DNA of 64,000 nucleotides from Isurus oxyrinchus (Eukaryota): NCBI GenBank assembly GCA_026770705.1, contig JANJGN010000016.1, positions 53,754,001 to 53,818,000 of the forward strand, read 5' to 3'. Shown piece by piece: positions 1 to 11,700 of this stretch (position 1 is its first letter; each line of letters starts with the position of its first letter). The notes under the pieces were generated by a model. It saw only the letters and a program-made list of their open reading frames with translations, ran no database searches and was not told where the DNA came from. The position numbers and the translations under genes were made by a program.

Positions 1-801
1 CTCCCGACACGTCTCTCGGAATTTCGTTATCCTGTTCCCAATCTCTGGAAATTGAACAGTGACACTGTCTCCCATCGTATCATTGCATCTCATCACTGCC
101 TCATTGAGCTGCTCCAGCACAGACTGGGAGCGATTGACCAGTCCAATACTTATGTCTCATACCAGATGAGCAGCTTTAGAGTCCAATTTATTGAGTGAGT
201 AAAGCCAGACCCTCATGGGCACTGTGTGCTCTCCATCTGGTCCCAGTAACTCTGGGAAGGTTCTCTAGATTTTGATGGCATCTTGGAATGTGGTGGAATT
301 GTTTTCCAGGGAGAAATCCCCATAAAAGGTGCTGCTGAATTTCTTAACATTTTTGCTTTGATCCTCAACTGCAGTCTCAGGAACTTTTTAACCCACCCAC
401 CCCAAGTTACCCTGAATATCCTGCAGATTCTCTGTTGAAGTGACCTCTTGATCAAACAGAAAGAAAGCCTGAGCCCCGTAGAGCACTGCTGCAACCACAT
501 GAGTTGGTAGGTTACATTCTGTTGCCCTAAGTGGCTCATTGTTGGCTGCTCAAACCTGGTTGTTGTTCAATACCGAAGGGTCACTCCAGCCTGTTGTTTC
601 AATCTCTTTGTGTCATTGAGACATTTTGCAGTTCCTTTCACCTCTACCAATCCACCCAAGAAATTTGCTCTCAATGATCTGCTAACATTCAGTGCAAAGG
701 CTTTTATCTCAATGGAGTCAAATGTAATAATGTGAAACTCTTATGCTGAGGTCTTGCATCAAGCTCTTTTTGTTGGGTCTCTAAGTCCCACTATGTTATC
801 C
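1..801 (-). pseudogene. Stonustoxin/verrucotoxin (SNTX)-like pore-forming cytolysin pseudogene, large internal exon (runs off the window start)
   Basis: Acceptor tttcgtttgtag| precedes 801. Manual translation across frameshifts: GIT*WD...DSIEIKAFALNVSRSLRANFLGGLVEVKGTAKCLNDTK...VTLRY*TTTRFEQPTMSHLG...THVVAAVLYGAQAFFLFD...FYGDFSLENNSTTFQDAIKI*...VPMRVWLYSL...MRCND. These are diagnostic SNTX-family motifs. Stops at 791-793, 567-569, 265-267 and 157-159, plus several frameshifts. Confidence 0.9.
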
Positions 802-844
802 CTACAAACGAAACGTTCAATAAATATATTAACGGTTCCCCACA

Positions 845-2068
845 AACGACTGAATAAGGTCAGAGAATGCAGAGTCAGGGGCCCAGTGACACAATAGATT
901 GCTGGCTAGCCTCAAGGCAGAAAGCAGAGCATGGGAGTAAAGAGTAAATTACTCAGAGTGGCAGAAGTAGGAAGTGGTGTTCCACAAGGATCAGTGCTGG
1001 CATGACTGCTGCTCAACTGATATTGCAGGGCTCCCTGAAAATGAGCAATGATCAAAGCAAAAATGCCAAGAAATTTGCATTCACGATTTGGATATTGGAA
1101 TGAAAAATACAAATTTCTAAATTTGCAGATGGCACCAAATTGGCAGGGGCAGGGGTGGGGAGTGGGGTGGGGTGTGGTGGTGGGAATTCAGTTCTGAGGA
1201 CGACCATAAGAAATTACAAGAGGATATCAATAAACTTGCAGAATGGGCAAATATTTAGCAAATGAGGTTCAATACAGATAAATGTGAGGTCGTATATTTT
1301 ATGCAAAGAATAGGGAGGTTCATTATTACTTGGATGTTGTGTCAAAGTGGGGTAAAGAAACAGGGATCTCAAAGTACAAAAACATCAGTCATTTAAAAAT
1401 GTGCCACTTGTTAGCATGGCCATACAAAAAGAGAAAGCTATTTCTGGAGAGATGCAATTGAAAAGTAGGAAAGTTATGCAAAGTCTGTTAAATCTGCTAT
1501 CCTTGGTTAGACACACTTAGAATACAGCATGCAGTTATTATTATATGATATAAAAGATATAGAGGCACTGTTGAGAGTGCAGATAAGATTTACTATGATG
1601 ATAACAGAAATGCAAGGGTAGTATCAGGAAAGGATAAACGGGTTGGGTCTCTTTTTGGTTGACAATAGATAGCCAAGGAGTGACGTTATAGAGTTTTTTA
1701 AATTATGAAGAGTTTTAATAGAGTGAATACAGAGAGACTGTTCTGACATGTAGGGACAAGCATTACCAGAGGCCTTCAATATATGATAGTCATTAAGAAA
1801 TCCAATAGGGAAATCAGAAGAAACTTCACCCAAAGAGTGAAGAGAACGTGGAACTCGCTATCACAGGGTGTGATTGAAGTGAATAGTATAGATATATTTA
1901 TGGGGAAGCTAGACAAGTATCTGAGGGAGAAGGGATTGGGGTTATCAATGATATATTTAGATGAGAAAAAAATGGGAGGAGGCCGGAGGGCAGCATAAAC
2001 ACCGGCTTGCACTGTCGGAGCTGAATGGCCTATTTCAAGCCGTATATACTATGTAATCCTATGTAATC
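845..2068 (+). mobile_element. CR1 LINE, decayed RT and 3' end
   Basis: GVPQGSVL, KFADxTKL and RNFTQRVKRTWNSL motifs; ends in short tandem tail tatgtaatcc tatgtaatc. Confidence 0.85.
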
Positions 2069-2149
2069 AGATCATCTATTTGGATAGGATCACTGGCCTC
2101 TTACAGAAATTAATTGAAAATCTGATGGAGAGAATCACATGGCTCCTAC

Positions 2150-2535
2150 AGAGACTTCCTTGGAGAAGGTTGAGAGGATATTTGATAGAGGTATTCAAAA
2201 TTGAGAGGAGTCTGGTCAGAGTAGATGGGGACAAACTGTTTGCACTCATGAAAGGATCAAGAATGAGTGGGCAAAGATTTAAAGCAATTTGTAAAAGAAG
2301 CAAAAGCGATATGAGAAAATATTTTTCACTCTGTGAGTGGCTAGGGTCTTGAATGTGCTGCCTGAGAGCATGGTGGAAGCAGATTCAATTGAGGCATTCA
2401 AGAGGGAGTTAGATTGTTCTCTGTAAAAGAAGAATGTGCAAGGTTATGGGGAGAGTGTGGGGAAATGGCAGTAGGCGAAATGCTTATTTGGAGAGCCAGT
2501 GGAGACACAATGGACAGAATTGCCTCCTGCACTGT
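2150..2535 (+). mobile_element. CR1 LINE 3' fragment
   Basis: RRLRGYLIEVFKI C-terminal CR1 motif. Confidence 0.8.
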
Positions 2536-2554
2536 GAAAATAAAAAGAAAAAAA

Positions 2555-2795
2555 TTTTGTTTAATCACCATAAACACCTCAATTAGATTACCCATTAATT
2601 TTCCACATTCAAGAGTATACAAGCCCAGATTATGCAACTTCTCCACATAATTAAACCCTTTTAACCTCTGGTGAATCTATGCTGCACTCCCTCCAAGGCC
2701 AATATATCCTTCCTGAGGTGCCGTGCCCAGAACTGAACACAATTCTCCAGATAGGGTCTAAACAGAGCTCTGTACAGCTGGAACATAACTTCCAC
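2555..2795 (-). mobile_element. CR1 LINE fragment
   Basis: QLYRALFRPYLENCVQFW on the minus strand. Confidence 0.8.
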
Positions 2796-3974
2796 AAGGA
2801 GACAATTGGTTTTGTGGAGGAGAAGTTGTGGATTATCTTTTTTCTTCAGGATGGTCCTGGAGTAATGAGCAGTTTTGGTAGAGGAAAGCAGGACCATTTG
2901 TGCTTGATGTGGTCCAGTCAGATCTGGTGATGGATAGCGAAACCAATTGTGTACCAGATCCGCTCAAATATTCACCACTTGGACTTGAGAAGTAGGGAAA
3001 TTACCAGGAACAAGGGTGAAGAAGGTGGATATGAGGGAGTGATTAAACCAGATTGACGGCTACAGAAGCATTGTAGTGAATGGATGGTCAAAGGGAATTA
3101 GAAAGCACTGTCCAACTCAACCTGAGGGAAGAGTGTCTTCCAGGAATGGAAACTGGTCCATGGACCCACGTGACCGCTGGATCTCTGTAACCATCGGTGG
3201 GTTTGTATGGTGGAAACAAGCTCTAACCTATGCCACTAAAGTTTGGTGCCATTTCTTACCATCAGAATTGGGAGTCAGACTAAAGCACAGGGATTTTAAA
3301 GAAACTTCTATGTGTATAATTCTGAGAGAGTTTCCCCTGATGTGATTGAACTCTGAGGAGTGGGTAAGGGGTAGAATTGGGCTCTGTTTTAATTATATGA
3401 ATTATAGACAGATCGTCTTCAGCAGATGGGTGTTTGACTAATACCATGGGTAATGTTTGTACGCTACTGTCGAGGAGGACTACTTGCTGAGTATGGTGAG
3501 GGAGTGGGGATGAGTCTTTACAGACCCGAGTTCCCTCAGTCCATTATACCTCGATGTAATAACGATGTGATACGTCCACCTTACACTCTTCCAAGATTCA
3601 TTTCATGTTCTGGGAAAGATCTTGAGTCATTTTCAAATGCTTTGTTATTTTGGTTGATTCAAAGTTTGATGTAAGCTGAATATTGTATTGTTTGTCTGCT
3701 GTTCTATCAATCTTCTGTATAGATTTATAACTTCCAATAATTTTTTTTTCTTAGCTTAACGCAGAGTACTTGATTTGACAGCATGGTATGTTCCTATTCA
3801 CTGAAACACTCTGCAGCCTACAGTAAGAGTCCCATGCACGATATATTGCTCAATGTCACTGTGGGTTGGTATACTTTCTCAATCAATGGATTTATAATTT
3901 CCAGTTCACATGAAGCAGAACATTTCCCTGAGGAAGAAAGAATTGTGTTTCTGTATCACTGCTCGTGAACTTGT

Positions 3975-4350
3975 CAACTCATTTCACAGCCAATTGAGTG
4001 CTTTTAAAGTGTAGTCACTGTTGTAATGCAACAAACATGATAGTCAATTTGCGCACAGCAAGCTCACACAACAGCATCAAGATAATGACCAGACGATCAT
4101 CTTTTGGGAACTTAATTGTGACATCTATATCGGCTAGGACATTGGGGGGAGTTCACCACCTTTCTACAAAGTAGTGTCTTGGGATCATTTATGGTGCCCT
4201 GAAAGGGCAGATGGGGTGTGGGTTTAACTCATCTGAAAGATGGTACCTCTGACAGTGCAGCACTCTCTCAGTACTGTACTGGAATGTCAGCCTCAGTGCC
4301 CAGGTCTCTGGAGTGAGACTCGAACCCACAACCTTCTGGCTCAGACTCTG
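3975..4350 (-). mobile_element. Deu-domain SINE (SacSINE1/AmnSINE1-like)
   Basis: Characteristic core (gtgtagtcactgttgtaatg...gacagtgcagcact..cagtactg) and reverse-strand tRNA B-box (ctcgaaccc). A second 5' fragment lies at about 4820-4910. Confidence 0.7.
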
Positions 4351-5379
4351 GCTAACTAAATCACGGCTCTCAATAATTTACAATATGTCTGTTGTATTAG
4401 ATTCAGTTTCTAAGTGGTTAAGTCCCAAGGCTGTGTACAGAATGCTTTTCCCCCGTAAACTGGCAGCCTGAAAGTTTGATTTGAATTAAAGTGGTAACTA
4501 GTTAGACCTGCAGGTGTCAGTGTTGTCTTTGTGTCTGGGTTCCTGAAGCTGTGAAAGGTGGTAAAGTCCCTGGTGTTAGCTGGAATGGATATCTTAAAAG
4601 GATTATCTTCAATCAGTACTGCTGATTAACCATTCTGCCTTCATTTACTCATGAAAGTTCTATTGTTTAGGCACAGTTCTAACAGTCTGTCAAGAATAAA
4701 ACTCAAGGAATAACTCACTCTTCCCAGGAAAGCTCAGTGTTAGTTTTAGTGAGGTTTCTGAGCTTGTTTTTAAATCCCTCCATGGTCTCTCCCCTCCCTA
4801 TCTCTGTAATCTCTTCCACCTCTCAGTACTGCACTGTAGTGTCAGCCATGATTTTTTGTGCTCAAGCCCTGGAGTTGGACTCGAACCCACAACTCTCTGA
4901 CTCAGAGAGCAAGATTGTGGGTTCAAGTCCAAATCCAGATGGATTATTCCATGAACATTGTTTAAAGTTGTTGTCAGGGCCACACGAATAATTCCTCAGG
5001 CTCTGGGCTCCCTGTACAAACCACACCCACCATTTATTGAAACACAAACATGTAAATTGAGTGAAGAAATTACCCTGTAGATGTTTACACACTGCAATGA
5101 TCATATTGCACCACCCTTAAATAAAACTACTTCAATTGGTCACACACAGTTGGGGGTGAGGGAGCAGGGGTATGGTAAAATTTGTCAACAGCATGCTGCT
5201 CCTGATGGCGTAACCAGAAGTGTGCAGCATACAAGGGAAACACATGCGATTCAGCAGCAGGAGAAGCTTTTTGTGTTAATCTGTATCCAAGGGCTAGATC
5301 GCAGACACACGGAGAGCCCAAAGTTTCCACCTCTAGGCAGCATGCAATGTCACCTGCCTCATCAATCCCTGCCAACAGT

Positions 5380-7362
5380 TACTCGTTCACAGCCTGCAGG
5401 AGGTATGTGAGCAGATTCAGGAACACAATCTGGTGAGTATACCACAGATACGTCCCAGCAGCTGAGGGAGGATGTGACTGCCAGGTCTCCAGGTAATCGG
5501 AGGACTGCTGGGGATCGGGCCCCATACTGGTGACGGCCTCTGGTTGTGACCACAAGGAGTCTGTGGCACATGCAGCAGAGGCTAGGGGAAAATATGGCGG
5601 AGTTGCCAGCAATTATGCGCAGCATTGTGTGGGATATGGAGGAATCCGCGCACATCATGAGTTCTGCCATGTCTCAGGCATTTGAACACATGGCTTCATC
5701 CATGGAGAGGATGGTGACCACCATGGAGAATCGGGTCCAGCATTCGATCCGTAAGTGCTCGAACCTGCATTCTATCGCTCTAGCCATGGGCTTAGTGCAG
5801 CAGTGGCTAGATGAGATGGGGACGAGGCCCCTAGACCTCCCTCCAGGAGCCCCTTCCCCTCAGGGAGTTCCCTTTGAGTACCCAGATAGAGGTGGAGCAT
5901 CTGCCATCTGCCCCAGGACCTTCCTTTCAGGACACCCCCAGGATTAGTAGTGTCTCCTCATCCCCTACACCATTGACCCCAGTAGCCCCAGCAAGTGATA
6001 CCGAGAGGGACGCCTCTGCACCAGTGCAGGAGACCCCAGTAGGTTGGGGCTCTCAAGAACATACACCTCCAGAGAAATCCCACCATGGTCATCCAAGGCA
6101 AAGGGGCATCATACTGAGCAGACTGCCTCCACCTCAGCTGCTGGTATTGGGGTTTCACCCAGTCATAGTGGTAGAGTAAGAGAAGTTGAAAAAGTGGCAC
6201 TGGTGATTTATCTATGTATTTATCACTTACACACAATATCCACCAAATCAATGTGGCTGTACGTCCTGATAAACAATCTGACATACCCAGTGACTGTTTC
6301 CTGACACCTCTGGCATTATCTCTCAGCTATCTGGAGGCAATTGGTTCTTGCCCTCTGGGTGGGTTGATGTGCCAGATGTCAATCTTTGCCAATGCCTTCC
6401 CTGGATGATATTTATATTGGCGTTCATCAACATTGTGAAGTGTTGGTCCGTGTCATAGTTGCACATGTCACGGGCATGGCACACCCCATATTTGTCACAA
6501 TGTGATATTTGCAGAAGAGATAGGGACAAAGGCATTATTCATGGATGAGATGTGTTGCATTTTCATGCGTTTTTGATTGACTGTTCATGTCACGTTACTT
6601 ATGTGATGCTCATTCTGTGGAACATGGCTTAAAAGCAGACATAGATGCCCCTTTCCTTCTATGGACTCTGGAGAGTATTCGATCACTTTACTCTCAGGGG
6701 CTATAAATTAAACCGGTACAGTTGCAATCAAGGTACTTTATCGTTGGTACTGGATCAAAATAATTGGACAAGGCAGGCTTATATATGGTTGTCCATGTAC
6801 TCCTAAGATGTCTTTGGTACCATCACTCACTAACAAATGTTTGTGACAAAGCTCCATTTCCTATCCTATCCTAGGTGGTAGAGATGCAGGTTTACAGTTA
6901 ACTTGGCAAGGGAAGAAGGCAAGACTACATCCACACCCCAGGAAGGTGATGGAATTCAGATGATGGAGCAATGGTCATGCAGATGTGTTATTGTTGGGTG
7001 AACTTTGTGTAGATCAGGTTGTCCCTGGCGTCCCTCTCCATGGCCCTGGCATCTGTGAAAGGCTCCCATTTCAACAAAACCTTGTCATCTGAGGAGGGCT
7101 GATGTTCCTCACACTCTTCTTGCAACATCTGTCTGCTTTGCAGCACCTGTAGTGCACAACAGATCACTACTATTCATCACACCCTCTGGGGTGTGTATTG
7201 CAGAGCACCTCCAGACTGATCAAGGTAGCAGAAGTGCATATTAAGAAATCCAATGGTGTGCTTTATGATGGCTCTGCTGACGGCGTGAGCTTGGTTGTAA
7301 CGCTTTTCTGTCTCACTCTGGGGATGCCTCACTGGAATCACTAGCCATGTCTGCAAGGGATA
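5380..7362. mobile_element. Decayed PIF/Harbinger transposon: accessory (Myb/SANT-type) ORF remnant on + (about 5400-6190) converging on a DDE transposase 3' remnant on - (about 7040-7362)
   Basis: Minus strand reads YPLQTWLVIPVRHPQSETEKRYNQAH...IGFLNMHFCYLDQSGGALQYTPQRV (HARBI1-like C-terminus). The plus-strand ORFs resemble the accessory ORF at 36000-36900. Confidence 0.75.
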
Positions 7363-7895
7363 GTGTATTTGTATTTGTTTGTGTGTGTGTGAGAGCTGTG
7401 TGTGTATTTGTGTGTGTGTGTGTGTGAGCTGTGTGTGTATTTGTTTGTGTGTGTGAGCTGTGTTTGTATTTGTTTCTCTATGTGTGAGCTGTGTGTGTAT
7501 TTCTGTCTTTGTGTGAGCTGTGTTTGTATTTATTTCTGTGTGTGAGCTGTGTGTATGTCTGGCTGAGCTGTGTGTGTATTTCTTTCTGTGAGAACTGTGT
7601 TTTTATATGTGTCTGTGTGCTTGTGTGCGTGTGTATTTGTGTGTGTGTGTGTATTTGTGTGTGTGTGTGTGCGTATGAGCTGATTTTGTATTTGTTTCTG
7701 TGTGTCTATTTGTTTCTGTGTGCATGTGTCTGTATTTGTTTCTCTGTGAGTTGTTTGTGTGTGGTTGAGCTGTGTGTGTACTTGTTTCTCTGCGAGCTGT
7801 GTGTGTGTGTGTGTGGGTGGGTGTGTGGTTGAGCTGTACGTGTATTTGTTTCTGTATGAGAACTGTGTTTGTATTTGTGTGTGTGTGTGTATGAG
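7363..7895. repeat. TG-rich compound microsatellite (gtgtgagct/gtgtattt units)
   Basis: Directly visible. Confidence 0.95.
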
Positions 7896-8058
7896 AGAGT
7901 TAAAGTAAAGGGGGTGTCTAACTACATTGTGGTATAAACCAAACCTGTCCAGAGCCAGATTAACAGTCCCAGGGGAAGTGGGACCAGTGTCAATGTGTTT
8001 ACTGTGATGTGTTCCCTTTACACTGGACCTGCTGGTTGAGGCCTGTTCAAAACTCTGA

Positions 8059-8394
8059 GGGCTGAATTTTACACGGATGGGACATATTACTCACCATCTC
8101 GGAATAAATATCAAACGCCAGCCAACCCATGACCACCCTGCAGCAATAACGCACTGCGCCAAAGGATGGGGGTGCCCAGGGTGATGGGTGTGGTTATCGC
8201 TGCTCCAATGCGCAGAGAGCACCTCTCAAAGGCTGTACTCTGGGCCCTTCTTTCCCACCTTTTAAATATCTTGCCGAACAAAAACAGCATGCCTATTCCC
8301 ATCTGCCTGCCCATGCCAATCATTTTATCAACATGAGCAGTGTATTGTCTGGGTCAGTCAGCTTGATAACAAACTCAATTATAAAATCCAGCCC
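8059..8394. mobile_element. Harbinger-type MITE
   Basis: TIRs GGGCTGAATTTTA...TAAAATCCAGCCC; 3-bp flanks tga/tta. Confidence 0.7.
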
Positions 8395-8396
8395 TT

Positions 8397-8650
8397 AGTT
8401 TCTGTTTCCCAACCTGAACTTAGTTTGAACTTCCTGATATCTAACAGCTAACAACTGTTTAATTGGTTATTTCTCTGAAACAAAGCAATGATTCATCGTC
8501 TGGATCTGTATTTTGAGTTCCGGAAAAGACCAAATTTCGAAATAAGGAGTAATGGAGTCTCAGTAGAGCTGTTTTTTTTTTGTTTTCTTCCACTCCTCAG
8601 AGTGTTTCATTCCCAGTCCCTGATTGGAACAGGGAGAGTGGATTCCCAGA
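8397..8650 (+). promoter_or_regulatory. MHC class I proximal promoter: ISRE, S-X1-Y-like module, GAS-like site, second CCAAT/Y box, kB-like site
   Basis: AGTTTCTGTTTCC 8397-8409 (ISRE consensus); CCCAACCT 8408-8415; CTTCCTGATA 8430-8439; ATTGG 8462-8466; TTCTCTGAA 8471-8479; CTGATTGG 8620-8627; GTGGATTCCC 8638-8647. Confidence 0.65.
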
Positions 8651-8702
8651 ATGTTGCTGATCCTTTTCTCCATCTCCCTGTGTTTTTTCTGGGTCTCTCC
8701 TG
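8651..8702 (+). CDS. MHC class I exon 1 (signal peptide [17 protein letters not shown])
   Basis: Hydrophobic leader, phase-1 donor G|gtaagt, directly downstream of the promoter motifs. Confidence 0.85.
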
Positions 8703-11700
8703 GTAAGTACAGAATTCAGCCCTCCGTTCTCACTCTCGCTCTCTCTGTCTCTCTCTCTCACACACACACTTCTCTAGCTGGAAATTTCTTAGCATTTTAT
8801 GGAAGTGAGAGTGTCAGTGTCTGTTGGGGATGTGCGTCAAGATATTATACTGACAGGGGGATTTACTGACCTTTGTGTCTGTCTCACACATTGTGTGTAT
8901 GTGCGTGTTTGCATTTGTATATCCCTTTTTCTCTGTCTCCTTCTCTGGATCTCTCCTGTCTTTCTTCCCTCTCTCTTTCTTCCCTCTCTGTCTCTCTCTC
9001 TCTCTGGAATTCTTTTTGTCTGTCTCACTGTCTCTCTTTCTGTCCCTCTGTGTCCTCTTTTTCTGTCTCTGTGTCTCCCTCTCTCCCTGTTTTTTGCTTT
9101 CTCTGATCTATCTCCCCCTCTTTCACTCTATCCCTTGCGCTGCTTGTCTCTCTCTCTTTCCCAGTCTCTCTTTTACATCATTGTCTCAGATTCTATGTCT
9201 TTCTCTCTCTCTCTCTCTGCTTCTGTCTCTTCTTATCTGTGAATGTGTCTCTCTCTCTCTCTATGTCACTGTCTCTTTCTGCCTGTCTCTCTCTCTGCGC
9301 CTGTCACTGTCTTTCTGAAATTTTACTAGAATTGGAGACAAACAGCTGTTTCTTTCTCTCAATCTTTGTTACCCACAAGATTTAAAGTCCTCTACATTGG
9401 AGAGACTACACGTAAACTGGGCGACCGCTTTGCAGAACACCTGCGGTCTGTCCGCAAGAATGACCCAAACCTCCCTGTCGCTTGCCATTTTAACACTCCA
9501 CCCTGCTCTCTTGCCCACATGTCTGTCCTTGGCTTGCTGCATTGTTCCAGTGAAGCCCAACGCAAACTGGAGGAACAACACCTCATCTTCCGACTAGGCA
9601 CTTTACAGCCATCCGGACTGAATATTGAATTCAACAACTTTAGGTCATGAGCTCCCTCCCCCATCCCCACCCCCTTTCTCTTTCCCCCTTCCTTTTCTTT
9701 TTTTTTCCAATAAATTATAAAGATTTTCCTTTTCCCACCTATTTCCATTATAAAAAAAAAATATTTTTTTAAATTTTTTTTTACATCTTTTATGCTCTCC
9801 CCACCCCCACTAGAGCTATACCTTGAGTGCCCTAACATCCATTCTTAATTAGCACATTCGTTTTGATAATATCACCAACTTTAACACCTATGTGTTCTTT
9901 TGTACTATTGTTGTTGACATCTTTTGATGATCTGCTTCTATCACTGTTTGTTTGTCCCTACAACCACACCCCCACTCCACCTCTCTCTCTCTCTCTCTCT
10001 CCGCCCCCCACACACACACACCTTAAACCAGCTTATATTTCAACTCTTTCTTGGACTCGAACTCAAGATCTGTCGAAGGGTCATGAGGACTTGAAACGTC
10101 AACTCTTTTCTTCTCCACCGATGCTGCCAGACCTGCTGAGTTTTTCCAGGTAATTCTGTTTTTGTTTTTGTTTTGGATTCCCAGCATCCGCAGTTTTTTT
10201 GTTTTTATATTTAAAGTGAGTTGTTGGTTTCTGAGTCCCGGTTATGTTTGATCTGAAAGACCTGGAAATATATCGCTGTTCCTTCACAGTCGCAGGGTCA
10301 AAATCCTGGGACTCTCTCCCTAACAGCACTGTGGGTGTACCTACACCACATGGATTGCAGCGGTTCAAGAAGGCAGCTCAGCACCACCTTCTCAAGGGCA
10401 ATTAAGGATGGGCAATAAATGCTGGCCCAGCCAGCGAAACCCACATCCCATGAATGAATAAACAGCTTCCAGAAACATTCTCTTTTCCAGAAGGGCATTT
10501 TTTGGTGTCTCCTTAGCTCTTGTCACTGTGAAGATTCACTGGGCCAGTCCTTCCAATCTCCAGATCGTCAGAGATGGGATGTAAGCTGGGGGATGCTTGT
10601 CAAGATCCTGTGGAACACCTAACACATAGATGTGCGTTATATTTGCCCGGGAAGTTTAAACTTCGGATGAGCTAATTCCTGCTGCCTGAGCCCTCTGCGA
10701 ATGTTTGCAACACAAAACTCAGTGTCAGGGCCTTGGGCCAGATACCTGGGACTTACCTGGACACTTGTCTAAGAAACGTTAGGCTGTTGGATACCTGATC
10801 TAATCCCGTGATTTGTCTACGGAACTCAGCTGAGCACCACGACCAACTCCTCCCTCAGTCACCCGTACCAACCACCGACTTCTCCCCAGACACAACTTGA
10901 CTACCTCCCAACAGCCCGATTACCTTCCAACTATCTGAAAGCCCCCCAAGCAGCTGACTAACCCCCACCTGACCACACCAAGCCACCTGATTAGCCCCCC
11001 ACAACTCAACCCAACTATCTTTCCCAAGCCGACTACCCACTCACCTGGGAGAGGCGGTGGTGTAGTGGTAATGTTGCTGGGCTAATAATCCGGGGACCCT
11101 GGGTAATGCCCTGGGGACCTGGGTTCGAATCCCATCACGGCAGATGGTGAAATTTAAGTTCAATAAAAATCTGGAATTAAAAGTCTAATGATGACCATCA
11201 AACTATTGTCGAGTGTTGTAAAGACCCATCTGGTTCACTAATCTCTTTTAGGGAAAGAAATCTTCCATTCTTACCTGCTCTGGCCTATGTGTGACTCCAG
11301 ACCCACAGTAATGTGGTTGACTCTTTAATGCCCCCTGAAATGGCCTAGCAAGCCACTCAGTTACTGCTAAAAAGTCTCAAAGGAATGAAACTGGACAGAT
11401 CACCCGGCATGAGCCTAGGCGCCGTAAATGACAACGTCAAACTCAGCCATGTCGACCCTGCAAAGTCCTTCTTACTAACAGCCGGGGGCTTGTGGCAAAA
11501 TTGGGAGAATTGTCCCATAGACTAATCAAGGAAGCCTGACATAGTCATACTCATGGAATCATACCTTACAGACAATGTCCTAGTCACACCATCACCATCC
11601 CTGGGTATGTCCTGACCCACTGGCAGGACAGGCCCAGCAGAGATGGTGGCACAGTGGTATACAGTCAGGAGGGAGTTACCCTGGGAGTCCTCAACATCGA

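Noticed and set aside
213-539. 108-aa ORF as a stand-alone gene
   Set aside because: It is a mostly out-of-frame read of the SNTX-like pseudogene.
7491-9318. Cys/Val/Leu/Ser-rich ORFs
   Set aside because: They are translations of TG and CT microsatellites.
11047-11140. Functional tRNA gene
   Set aside because: A and B boxes are present, but there is no convincing cloverleaf and the sequence continues into a retroelement body.
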